Below the pieces are notes generated by a model. It saw only the letters and a list, made by a program, of their open reading frames with translations. It ran no database searches and was not told where the DNA came from. Below are positions 18,650 to 28,072 of a stretch of 64,000 nucleotides of DNA, in pieces (position 1 is the first letter of the stretch; each line of letters starts with the position of its first letter). Position numbers and translations under genes: made by a program. Source of the stretch: Obrimoposthia wandeli (taxonomy: Eukaryota); the NCBI GenBank assembly GCA_977020255.1, contig CDROCS010005164.1, positions 1 through 64,000 on the forward strand. Direction: 5' to 3'.

Positions 18650-19893
18650 ATTCAGTTATGTATTTAGCGTGGCGTAGTTTGTCTAGTCGTCGAAGCAGCA
18701 CAGTATTAACTATTTTGACCATCGCCATTTCGGTTTTGTTATTACTTGGGGTTGAACGAATGCGTACCCAAGCTAAGCAAAGTTTTGCCAACACTATATC
18801 GGGTACTGATTTAATTGTTGGGGCACGTGCAGGGCAAATTAATTTGCTGCTTTACGCAGTTTTTCGATTGGGAAATCCAACGCAAAATATTAGCTGGCAA
18901 AGCTATCAAAAAATAGCAGCTGACCCAAAAGTTGCCTGGACAGTGCCCATTTCTCTTGGTGACTCGCATCGCGGATTTAGAGTATTAGGTACTAATACCG
19001 ATTACTTTAAATATTACCGACATGGTAGTAAGCAGCTATTAGCTTTTTCACAAGGTGGTGAATTTAAAAACATGTTTGGTGCTGTGGTAGGCGCTCAAGT
19101 TGCTAAAAAATTGGGTTATAGCGTGGGTCAAAAAATCATTATTGCCCATGGCATTAGCGATCAATCTTTTAACCAACATAAAAACTCACCTTTTAAAATA
19201 GTGGGCATATTAGCACCGACAGGGACATCGGTTGATCATACTGTACATGTGACACTTGAGGCGATTGAGGCTGTCCATAGAAGTGGAAAGCCTAGTGCAA
19301 ATATCAGTAAGCAAGCGCAGAAGGAAAAGTACCAACCCCGTCAAATTACGGCTTTCTTGCTGGGTGCTCATTCAAAAATGAAAATATTTACATTGCAGCG
19401 ACAAATTAGCACCCAAAAGCTAGAACCACTGAGTGCTATTTTACCGGGTATCGCGTTGCAAGAGTTATGGTCAATCATGTCAATTGCAGAGCAAGCGCTT
19501 TTTGTAGTGACTGTTTTTGTTGTTATTGCCGGCATGTTGGGCATGTTAAGTACTTTGCTCATTAGCTTACAATCACGCAGGCGTGAGATAGCTATTTTAC
19601 GAGCATTGGGCGCAAGGGCTACTTATATAGTGGCTTTAATATTGACTGAAACCGTTTTTCTGACAGCGATGGGTATTTTAGCGGGTGCCGGTTTGTTGTA
19701 TTTACTGATTGGCGTATTTGCACCTATTGTGCGTAGTCAATACGGGTTGAGTATCGAGATGAGTCTGTTTTCTAGCAGTGAGCTTTTCATGCTGTTTAAT
19801 GTACAGATCATTGCTTTAGTGGTGGGTGTGATCCCAGCAATAAGTGTTTATAGGCAATCTTTAGCGGATGGCATCAGTGTGAGGGCATATTAA
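18646..19893 (+). CDS. ABC transporter permease (MacB/FtsX-like, Zrg-type operon)
   Basis: SGTDLIVGARAGQINLLLYAVF, PISLGDSHRGFRVLGT and RRREIAILRALGA; overlaps the ATPase by 4 nt (ATGA). Confidence 0.9.
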   Translation: MNSVMYLAWRSLSSRRSSTVLTILTIAISVLLLLGVERMRTQAKQSFANTISGTDLIVGARAGQINLLLYAVFRLGNPTQNISWQSYQKIAADPKVAWTVPISLGDSHRGFRVLGTNTDYFKYYRHGSKQLLAFSQGGEFKNMFGAVVGAQVAKKLGYSVGQKIIIAHGISDQSFNQHKNSPFKIVGILAPTGTSVDHTVHVTLEAIEAVHRSGKPSANISKQAQKEKYQPRQITAFLLGAHSKMKIFTLQRQISTQKLEPLSAILPGIALQELWSIMSIAEQALFVVTVFVVIAGMLGMLSTLLISLQSRRREIAILRALGARATYIVALILTETVFLTAMGILAGAGLLYLLIGVFAPIVRSQYGLSIEMSLFSSSELFMLFNVQIIALVVGVIPAISVYRQSLADGISVRAY

Positions 19894-19894
19894 A

Positions 19895-20377
19895 ATGAGA
19901 AAGTTTATATTCGTGCTAAGTTGCCTGTGGGCAATGTCAGTTAATGGGCAGCAAATAACTAAATTGAATTGGGAAGATTTAATACCTGAAACAGAAAAGA
20001 AACTGCTAGCGGCATGGGAGCGTGAGTCAGGTGTTGCAGAGGGATTATCTTCACCTTTGCCCAGTGCTTTTGGCAAGGTTCGGCGCAACTTAGATGGCAA
20101 GCACATTAAAATTGCCGGCTTTGTTATTCCTTTAGAAGGCGATGAGGAAAAAATATATGAAATGCTGCTAGTGCCTTATTTTGGTGCTTGCTTTCATGTG
20201 CCGCCGCCACCTGCTAATCAAATCATCCATATTACCTTCGAACATGGGGTGAAAATAAAAGATCTTTGGGATGTGGTGTACGTCACAGGCGCGCTGAAAA
20301 CAGAAAAAATAGCCAGCGAGTTTGCTGAATCGGGCTACTCAATGCAAGGGACTGGTATTGAAGCGTATGAAGAGTAA
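19895..20377 (+). CDS. DUF3299-family protein
   Basis: WEDLIP and GFVIPLE...LLVPYFGACFHVPPPPANQII motifs. Confidence 0.85.
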   Translation: MRKFIFVLSCLWAMSVNGQQITKLNWEDLIPETEKKLLAAWERESGVAEGLSSPLPSAFGKVRRNLDGKHIKIAGFVIPLEGDEEKIYEMLLVPYFGACFHVPPPPANQIIHITFEHGVKIKDLWDVVYVTGALKTEKIASEFAESGYSMQGTGIEAYEE

Positions 20378-20419
20378 GAAGCGTTAGCTGAAATTTATAT
20401 TGCGAAATAGATGCATACT

Positions 20420-20457
20420 AAAACTTGTCATCAATAGCAAAGATGATGACAAGTTTT
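20420..20457. terminator. Bidirectional terminator between convergent operons
   Basis: AAAACTTGTCATCA-N10-TGATGACAAGTTTT. Confidence 0.82.
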
Positions 20458-20519
20458 TATACCCAATCTATTTTGAGTCTGATCAGCGTATTGATATTAA
20501 CAGCAATTTTAAAGCGCTG

Positions 20520-21380
20520 TTAGCTCATTGCTTGTTGATCAAAAAACGAAGCAGTTGTTGGTTTCTCTGGTAAATCTATTTCATAAGCAACAGAGCGAAC
20601 TTTGTTCGTTTTTTCACCGCGCACAATGAGCCCTTCATACTTCCAACGCATAGGATTGCTTGAGTAAGGGATAGCATCTTCACTTGAATATACAGTGATG
20701 AATAAGGTGCGTGGATCTGTACCGATATTAGGCTTTGATCCGTGTAAGAGTCTTGTATGCATTAAACAAACAGCACCCGCTGGGCCGATACAAGTAGTCG
20801 CTTTTTGCTGGCAGTCTTTAGTGATTTCATCGGTGACTGAGCCGGTGAAAACACCGTTTTGCCATAACCCGTGAATCTCTCCTTTGTGTGAGCCTGCGAC
20901 GACTTCAAGTGGGCCATTTTCTAATGTGACTTCATCGACCATCAATAACGCAGTGATCAGGTCATCGTTAGAGTGGGGTGTAAAAGGAAAATCTTGATGC
21001 CATTTAACGGCTGTTTGACCGCCGGGTAGTTTGGAGTTTATTTTTGAGTGATGCATTTTGACGTTAGGGCCTATTAGATCAGCAATACAGTCAGTCATCT
21101 TACTTGATGCCATTGCATCGTAATAAGCTTGCGATATTTCAACGGGTGCGTTGATGCGACGTAGCTCAGGTTTTTCAGCACTGTGGCCCACGGCTAAATC
21201 AAAACGCGGTCTATTGTCTATTGTTTCTCCATAAGGCTGACTATGCTGGCGGCTCTCTTGAGTCCACTTTGCAAAATCATCTTTCAGTGCTTGTAATGAA
21301 TCACTATCAACAGCGTTTTCGACGACTAAGTATCCTTGCGCCCAGAATTGTTCTTTTTGTTGTGCAGTTAATACGTGCAT
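20520..21380 (-). CDS. PhyH-family Fe(II)/2-oxoglutarate dioxygenase
   Basis: QGYLVVEN, iron ligands WHQD and LLHGS, NGPLEVVAGSHK, and the 2OG-binding Arg in PRTLFI. Confidence 0.88.
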   Translation of the reverse strand: MHVLTAQQKEQFWAQGYLVVENAVDSDSLQALKDDFAKWTQESRQHSQPYGETIDNRPRFDLAVGHSAEKPELRRINAPVEISQAYYDAMASSKMTDCIADLIGPNVKMHHSKINSKLPGGQTAVKWHQDFPFTPHSNDDLITALLMVDEVTLENGPLEVVAGSHKGEIHGLWQNGVFTGSVTDEITKDCQQKATTCIGPAGAVCLMHTRLLHGSKPNIGTDPRTLFITVYSSEDAIPYSSNPMRWKYEGLIVRGEKTNKVRSVAYEIDLPEKPTTASFFDQQAMS

Positions 21381-21480
21381 AGGGATATCTCTCTCTACTA
21401 ATTGTCAGATTTATAGGCATACTAGCAGCTATAATAAGATGGTAAAAATTGGTTTAATTTGGCTTTAAGGAATATTTTAT

Positions 21481-22383
21481 ATGGTTAAGCTTACAATAAA
21501 ACAATGTGTTTATTTCGTGGCCGTTGCTGAGCAAGGAGGTATAGCGCAGGCTTCAAGGGTGCTTAATATTTCTCAACCGGCAGTTGCGCAAGCGATTGAG
21601 AAGCTTGAGCAATTGTATCAATTTCGCTTGTTTGAAAGGCATCATGCTCGGGGGACTGAGCTAACGCTGCAAGGGCGTGCGTTTCTTGAATCAGCACGTA
21701 GCTTTTTATTACAAGCTGAACAAATTCAGCAAGATGCGCAGGCCATTGCCGCTGATATGGCGGGCATTATTCGTTTAGGTTGTTTTCATACCATTGCGCC
21801 TTATTATCTTGCGCAAGTAGTCAGTGCTTATAAAAAGGAATTTGCCAATGTGCAACTTACCGCCTCTGAATTACGACAAGATGAAATTATGCACAGCTTA
21901 GCGGTTGGGGATATAGACCTTGCGCTCACTTATGATATGTCGTTGCAGCATTATCCGGTGGAGCGAAAAGTATTAACGCAATTAAAGCCCTGTATTTTGC
22001 TCAATAAGGATCATCCTAAAGCATCGCAACCTTCAATAACATTAGCAGAGATGGCAAAAGAGCCTTTTGTTATGTTTGAGGGACCATCAAGTCGTGAATA
22101 TTTTGAAAGCATTTTTGCGCTACAAGGTATTGCTCCACTGGTGGCTTATCGTTCAAAATCAATGGAGTCAGTGCGCAGCGCGGTAGCAAATGGTTTAGGT
22201 TTTTCGCTAGCGGTAATGCAGCCACAGCATGGCAAAAGTTGCGATGGTAACACGGTAGTGAGTGTGGCTATTGCTGATGATATAGCGCCTCTGGCGATTG
22301 TTTTAGTACGCAAGCAAGGTACGCCTTTATCAGGACAAATAGCTAAGCTTGCATCTTTTTGTGAGGATTATTTTAAGCAATAG
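21481..22383 (+). CDS. LysR-family regulator, divergent from the PhyH gene
   Basis: AEQGGIAQASRVLNISQPAVAQAIEKLE HTH followed by a substrate-binding domain. Confidence 0.92.
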   Translation: MVKLTIKQCVYFVAVAEQGGIAQASRVLNISQPAVAQAIEKLEQLYQFRLFERHHARGTELTLQGRAFLESARSFLLQAEQIQQDAQAIAADMAGIIRLGCFHTIAPYYLAQVVSAYKKEFANVQLTASELRQDEIMHSLAVGDIDLALTYDMSLQHYPVERKVLTQLKPCILLNKDHPKASQPSITLAEMAKEPFVMFEGPSSREYFESIFALQGIAPLVAYRSKSMESVRSAVANGLGFSLAVMQPQHGKSCDGNTVVSVAIADDIAPLAIVLVRKQGTPLSGQIAKLASFCEDYFKQ

Positions 22384-22517
22384 TTAGCTTTGGTACTGCA
22401 TAACTTAAACGGTGAAGGTTATAGTTTGTTAAGCGTAGAGAAGCTAAGCAGTACTGGCGAATCCAGTTCGCTAGGTACAACGTATTATCTAAATACGTTT
22501 AATTTTTAGAGGTTTAT

Positions 22518-23435
22518 ATGCAAAAAAGGATTAAAGCATTAATTGCTATAGCAGGTTTGTCGGTTAGTTTTTCTGCGATTGCAGGGCAATGTAATAGCGA
22601 TGATTTGAAATTACAGGTATTAGGCTCAGGTGGGCCTGAATTGAATGATAATCGTGCTTCAAGTGGCTATCTAATTTGGTATAAAAACAAAGCGCGTATT
22701 CTGGTAGATACAGGGCCAGGTTCGAGCATTAATTTTGGTAAGTCAGGCGCGAGTTTTAAGGATTTAGAAGCGATCGTGTTGTCTCATTTACATGTAGATC
22801 ACAGTGCTGATTTACCGGCCTATATTAAAGGATCTTTCTTTAGTGATCGCATTGAAGATATGACACTTTTTGGCCCCACAGGTAATGACATCATGCCTTC
22901 AACAGCCAGTTTTATAGAAAGTATGTTTGGTAAGAAAGGGGCGTACCAGTATTTAAGCGGTTACTTCGTACCTTTTGGCCGTAACTATACTGTTGAAATT
23001 GCACAAGCTGATATCACTAGTGATGAAATACAAACCTTTAAGCTCAATAAGGAAGTAACTATTTCAGGTGTGGCGGTTGAGCATGGTCCACTACCTGCTA
23101 TTGCGTGGCGTGTTGATATTGAAGGTTGCTCTGTCACGTTCTCTGGGGATATGAATGCACGAAGAGGTAACTTACCTCGCTTGGCTAAAGGCAGTGATAT
23201 TCTAGTAGCCCATAATGCGGTACCTCAGTCGGCACAAGGAGGAGCAATAAACCTGCATATGCGACCTGCTCAAATTGGTGAAATAGCCAAGCAAGCAGGC
23301 GTTAAGCAGCTGGTTTTAAGCCATAGAATGTCACCTAGTTTAGGTAAAGAAAAAGATACTTTGAAAGAAATTAACAAAAGCTATTCTGGTAAAGTAAGCT
23401 TTGCTAATGATTTAGATATTTTTACACTTAAGTGA
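22518..23435 (+). CDS. Secreted MBL-fold metallohydrolase (RNase Z/AtsA-like)
   Basis: Signal peptide, LGSGGP, SHLHVDH (HxHxDH), FSGD and LSH motifs. Confidence 0.85.
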   Translation: MQKRIKALIAIAGLSVSFSAIAGQCNSDDLKLQVLGSGGPELNDNRASSGYLIWYKNKARILVDTGPGSSINFGKSGASFKDLEAIVLSHLHVDHSADLPAYIKGSFFSDRIEDMTLFGPTGNDIMPSTASFIESMFGKKGAYQYLSGYFVPFGRNYTVEIAQADITSDEIQTFKLNKEVTISGVAVEHGPLPAIAWRVDIEGCSVTFSGDMNARRGNLPRLAKGSDILVAHNAVPQSAQGGAINLHMRPAQIGEIAKQAGVKQLVLSHRMSPSLGKEKDTLKEINKSYSGKVSFANDLDIFTLK

Positions 23436-23629
23436 TTTATCTTTTTAGGAGCGATAGCGTATGCAATCGCTCGTAATAAGAGAAAGTGTTATAAAACTAA
23501 GCACAAAGAGAGCTGCTGTCTTTTAGATAAAGACAGATGTAAAAGTGACTGTTTGTTGCTCTTAACCCTAACGACTATTATATTATGGATGTTCTTCTTA
23601 CCTTTACACTATAGATTAATGGCAACGCT

Positions 23630-24166
23630 ATGATCAAAATATTCTACTTCTGTATATTCTCTTTATTTAGTAATAGCCTAATGGCACTAACCCTTAATGA
23701 TGAAGAGCTAGCTTATTTCAAAACTTTTTTTCACAGTATTCAATTACAATCATTTGCCAATAATGCAGAGTACTGTGGCTATATCGGTTACAACGAGCAG
23801 GATCAGTTTATTGCAACCGAGGCACACAAAGGCAGCGCTGATGGCTGTTTACCTGATGAGCCGCCTGAAGGTTTTGATCTTGTTGGCTCATATCATACCC
23901 ATGGGGCATTTTCAGAAGATGCTGATTCTGAATTACCTTCTTTTGAAGATATGCAGGCTGACATAGCTGAAGATGTTGATGGATTCATCGCAACACCAGG
24001 CGGTAGATTATGGCATATAGACACTGTTGAGAACGTTGCACGCCAAGTGTGCGGCAAAAACTGTGTGGTAGCAGACCCGAACTTTGATGCTGATTTATTA
24101 GCGCCAGTGGAGAAAACCTATACGTTGATACAGTTAAAAAACCGTGAGGATATTGATTTTTTTTAA
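23630..24166 (+). CDS. Exported DUF4329-like protein with a JAB/MPN-like motif
   Basis: Signal peptide, then EYCGYI...GSYHTHG...PSFED. Confidence 0.65.
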   Translation: MIKIFYFCIFSLFSNSLMALTLNDEELAYFKTFFHSIQLQSFANNAEYCGYIGYNEQDQFIATEAHKGSADGCLPDEPPEGFDLVGSYHTHGAFSEDADSELPSFEDMQADIAEDVDGFIATPGGRLWHIDTVENVARQVCGKNCVVADPNFDADLLAPVEKTYTLIQLKNREDIDFF

Positions 24167-24254
24167 TCTCAGTAATGCATTGAGCGCTGCTTTTGAAATA
24201 AAAAGCTGTGCTCAATTTGCTAGTTACCCAGTAATAAAACTACCCAATTTATCC

Positions 24255-24902
24255 TTATACGTTAGCTTTATGATGCGAGAGCTCAATGTAGAGGTTTATT
24301 AATTCTAACTCTTCAGCACTTTTCGCAGTATTTGATACGAGCGCTGCTTCAAGTTCTGGTAAATGGTAGTGTTTATAATAGTTATTCATGCCTTTACTAA
24401 GTAGAGTAGCCTCAAGCTCAGTTGCTTTGTGTTCTAAAGTAATTGTCTTTGAAGCATCTGAAGGTTCAGGAATCTCTGTCGTATTTAGAGCTTCTAGGCT
24501 TTCTGTAAAGAGGTCCAAGTATGCACCTTCTTGTCCTTCTATTTTTGTGGGTACTAAAACCGCACCTTCTGGAAACGAGCTATCAGGGTCTAATTGGTAA
24601 CGATCTGCTTCTTGTATAATCACCTTCTCGATGCCTGAACCAAATGCACTACTAATATAAAACATGGCTGCACCAACGGTTGTAACTGGGCCTGGCGCCA
24701 TGTAAATATGCTGCCAGAGAGATAGACTACCTGTGTAATATAATTCGCTTGGGGCGAAGATGAAACTACCAATGCCGATGACAAGCAGCACAGAACCTAG
24801 CACTGTAAAAAATGTTGCACCAGAGCTATTGGTATTAACTTCTAGCTTCATTGGTAAATCTTCTGGCTTAAGTGAAATCTTATTTAAATAACTGTATTCC
24901 AT
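24255..24902 (-). CDS. Hypothetical membrane protein (2 TM)
   Basis: Long ORF with two hydrophobic helices. Start refined to ATG 24902 because the track start is not an ATG. Confidence 0.6.
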   Translation of the reverse strand: MEYSYLNKISLKPEDLPMKLEVNTNSSGATFFTVLGSVLLVIGIGSFIFAPSELYYTGSLSLWQHIYMAPGPVTTVGAAMFYISSAFGSGIEKVIIQEADRYQLDPDSSFPEGAVLVPTKIEGQEGAYLDLFTESLEALNTTEIPEPSDASKTITLEHKATELEATLLSKGMNNYYKHYHLPELEAALVSNTAKSAEELELINLYIELSHHKANV

Positions 24903-25189
24903 AATATTCTCGTTAGGGGCTAATATCGGCCGCAATTAGAATATAAATAGAACGATTCCACTATAGTATTTATACCTAGTTCATATTCCGCTCTAGGTTA
25001 ATAAGAAAAACACTTACTTAGATTTCAGAGCACTTAGCATAACAAGGGTAAGAGGGTGCTTATTATAGTAATGCGCTTTGTAAAAGCGTTGTAATCCGGC
25101 GGTTTTCTTCGTGCTTGTTATGCCACTATTTCTTCGTACAAAGCATCACTGTCTGATATTCTTTATCTATTTGCTTAGAGGTGCCATTT

Positions 25190-25864
25190 ATGAAATTAAA
25201 CACTGATCACTTTGTATTAGCAGCAAATACTCTTGAGCAAGGTATCTCTTTCTTAGAAGAGCGCTTAGGGGTAAATATTCCATTTGGCGGGGTGCATCCA
25301 GGGATGGGTACTCACAATTGTTTAATGCAGTTAAGCGAGGATGTTTTCTTTGAAATAATAGCCATTAACCCTGAATCTTATACTAATAGTGCACTGCAGG
25401 TTCAGCAGCCACGTTGGTTCTCTCTTGATGATCCGTCTTTACAAGCGCAGCTTAAGCGCCAGCCTCAATTACTCACTTGGGTAGTTAATAGCCGGGATAT
25501 GCTGCATAGCACGAATACTGGCATGTACCAACAATGCACAGCGCGTACTATAACAAGAGGCGATTTAAGCTGGTCTTTTGCATTGCCTGATGATGGCTCG
25601 TTACTTGCTGGTGGCCTTGTCCCTTATGTACTGCAGTGGTTTGGTGACACTCCAGTTATTAATATGCCCAATTTAGGTTGCTCAGTACTAGAAGTGAATT
25701 TATTTCATCCGTTAAAGCGCTGGCTAGACATGCAATTACAAGAGATAGGCGCTGCGCATTTAGTCAATGTAGAAGGTTTAGCGCCAACGCAAGCTCCTTA
25801 TTTTGAGCTGGTACTGCAATGCCCTAAAGGCAAAGTAAGTTTGAATTCCAAGCTAATTGTTTGA
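25190..25864 (+). CDS. VOC/glyoxalase-like protein (Glyoxalase_3 type)
   Basis: DHFVLAA...GGVHPGMGTHN...EIIAINP. AGAGG SD before ATG 25190. Confidence 0.82.
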   Translation: MKLNTDHFVLAANTLEQGISFLEERLGVNIPFGGVHPGMGTHNCLMQLSEDVFFEIIAINPESYTNSALQVQQPRWFSLDDPSLQAQLKRQPQLLTWVVNSRDMLHSTNTGMYQQCTARTITRGDLSWSFALPDDGSLLAGGLVPYVLQWFGDTPVINMPNLGCSVLEVNLFHPLKRWLDMQLQEIGAAHLVNVEGLAPTQAPYFELVLQCPKGKVSLNSKLIV

Positions 25865-26134
25865 TATGGAAAATGATAATTTCATAGTGGGTTTATGACA
25901 CTTAAACTAGGCTAAATATTATTGTACTCTCTCGCTCTTCATTGATAATACGATGATGTAAATAGGGTTTTACGTGTTGCCGGTATTTTACGTTTAGTGG
26001 GTAAAGTTCGCCCTTAGCGTGCTATATACTCAAGTATTCAATACCTCTTTCTGCTAAAATAAATTATAGCTATATCTTCATGCTTTTTGATGATAAATAA
26101 ATATTAAACTGATATTAAATAAAGGGTAACGGCA

Positions 26135-26818
26135 TTGGGCAATACAAATGAGCTCTCGATATATCAGATCATACGCGACATGACTATCGCATTTAAATTT
26201 AAACCTGGAGAGCGAATTAACGAAGGGCGTTTGGCGAAAGAACTCAATGTGAGTCGCACACCATTACGTGAAGCTATGCAGCAATTAGTGTCTGAAAAAC
26301 TATTGCGTTGGGAGCGAAATAAAGGCTTCTTTTGCCGTGATTTAGATGAAAAAGAAGTAAGCGATCTCTATGAATACCGCGCAATGTTAGAAGAGCAAAG
26401 TATTAAACTTGCTTGTTTACGTGCCAGTGATGAGCAAATACAACAACTAGCTGCCTTTCTTGATGATAACCAGCTTGATTATGAAGCGGTTAATTGTGAT
26501 CAGCAGTTACAGGTTGATCAAGAGTTTCATCAAATGATTGCTCATGCGGCTGGTAATGCAGAACTTTATAGTGCGTTGAAGCGGGTGAATCAGCGTATCT
26601 ATTTTATCCGCTGGATCGATATGGCAAATATAAAGGGCAGTTATGAGCCTAGCCACCGCCAGCTATTAGCTGCCATGGTTGCGCGTGATGCAGATAAAGC
26701 AGTACGTTTGATGGGTGAGCATGTAGGGCGCAGACGCGAACAAATATCGCATTCAATTCGCGAAGCTTACGGCTCTATTTTTACCGGTAATACCCCAACA
26801 TTACCTGTTTCTTCTTGA
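26135..26818 (+). CDS. GntR (FadR/FCD) family regulator
   Basis: PGERINEGRLAKELNVSRTPLREA HTH and DQEFH...GN FCD domain. Confidence 0.9.
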   Translation: MGNTNELSIYQIIRDMTIAFKFKPGERINEGRLAKELNVSRTPLREAMQQLVSEKLLRWERNKGFFCRDLDEKEVSDLYEYRAMLEEQSIKLACLRASDEQIQQLAAFLDDNQLDYEAVNCDQQLQVDQEFHQMIAHAAGNAELYSALKRVNQRIYFIRWIDMANIKGSYEPSHRQLLAAMVARDADKAVRLMGEHVGRRREQISHSIREAYGSIFTGNTPTLPVSS

Positions 26819-26847
26819 TACCTCACATTATCTGTTTGTGAGGTATC
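26817..26847. terminator. Hairpin between convergent units
   Basis: GATACCTCACA-N9-TGTGAGGTATC; it has no long U tract. Confidence 0.55.
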
Positions 26848-27041
26848 ACTTAGCCCGAATATTGCACCCAATTGCTCGTGCGCTTGCTTTCTCCTTGTTC
26901 CTACAGGCTTTTCTTTCTCAATCAACCGGACACACCGGTACGGCACTCAATCGAAAAAAATCCTGTAAAAACAACTAGCAGTGCAATCATCACGGCATTG
27001 CATGCAATATCCGGGTTAGAGCTCGTTCTAGAAAATCGTCT

Positions 27042-28043
27042 TTATTTATCTTTATCGTACTGGGTAAAGGCTTTGCGATTTTTCCCATCTATATATTGTG
27101 CAACGCTTACTTTTTCATGTTTTCTTGGTTGATCAGCCAGCTTTTTAAAATCTTTATAATCGATGGTGACATCTGGATCGGGATCAAAAAAGATTGGCAT
27201 AGAAAAGCGCTCGTTACCTGAGCGGTTTATCACTCTATGTAGGTTTGAACAGAGATAATCATTAGTCCAACGATGTAGCAAATCTCCAATATTACATACA
27301 AATGTATTATCTATTGGTGGTGCTTCTATCCATTGCTCTTGTTTATTAAGCACTTGTAGACCGCCGTTGTTATCTTGTAACAGCAAAGTGAGCACGCCAA
27401 AATCAGTATGAGCAGCCGCGCCAAAGCGCTCTTGAGCTTCATCTTCTTGGGTTGAACGTGGATAGTAAACCAGTTGGCCACGTCCTAATGGGCTTTGGTA
27501 ACGCTGTTTGAAAAAGTCACTTTCTTCGCCTAACCCTACGGCTAAAGCTGATAGCACTTTATGTCCTAAATCACATACTGCATTGTAGTAGGGCAATATA
27601 GCTTCGCGTAATTGTGGATGAAAATCAGGCCATAGGTTATCGGCAATCAATGGGATTTTATCGCGTTGCGCGGCTATTTTTTCTGACCATGTTTCTGGTC
27701 CAATAAAGAATATTTCTTTTAAATCGTGGGTTTTTGACCCCTCTAAATTCGCCATGCCAGGTGCTAGCCAGCCGCGTTGTTGCTGGTTTACCGCGACGCG
27801 TTGCTTATCTTCTTGCGGTAAATGGAAAAAGTTTTCACTTGCTGTAATAGCGCGCTCAATGATGGCTGGGTCGATACCGTGATTTTTTATGTAAAAGAAA
27901 CCGGTATTAAGCGCAGCACTGAGTAATTCTTTACCCACTTGTTCAGTTTGGCCATGCTCAATTAGAGGCGCTATATCGATAAGCGGGATATCTTCTAGTG
28001 AGATGCTATTGGCTTTAGCAAAATCCGTTGATGTTGTGCTCAT
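27042..28043 (-). CDS. Isopenicillin-N-synthase-like Fe(II)/2OG dioxygenase
   Basis: IPLIDI, GFFYIKNHGI, HTD and HRV iron ligands, RFS motif. Confidence 0.9.
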   Translation of the reverse strand: MSTTSTDFAKANSISLEDIPLIDIAPLIEHGQTEQVGKELLSAALNTGFFYIKNHGIDPAIIERAITASENFFHLPQEDKQRVAVNQQQRGWLAPGMANLEGSKTHDLKEIFFIGPETWSEKIAAQRDKIPLIADNLWPDFHPQLREAILPYYNAVCDLGHKVLSALAVGLGEESDFFKQRYQSPLGRGQLVYYPRSTQEDEAQERFGAAAHTDFGVLTLLLQDNNGGLQVLNKQEQWIEAPPIDNTFVCNIGDLLHRWTNDYLCSNLHRVINRSGNERFSMPIFFDPDPDVTIDYKDFKKLADQPRKHEKVSVAQYIDGKNRKAFTQYDKDK

Positions 28044-28072
28044 GTTGTTATCCGTTGTTAATGCTGCTGTGA

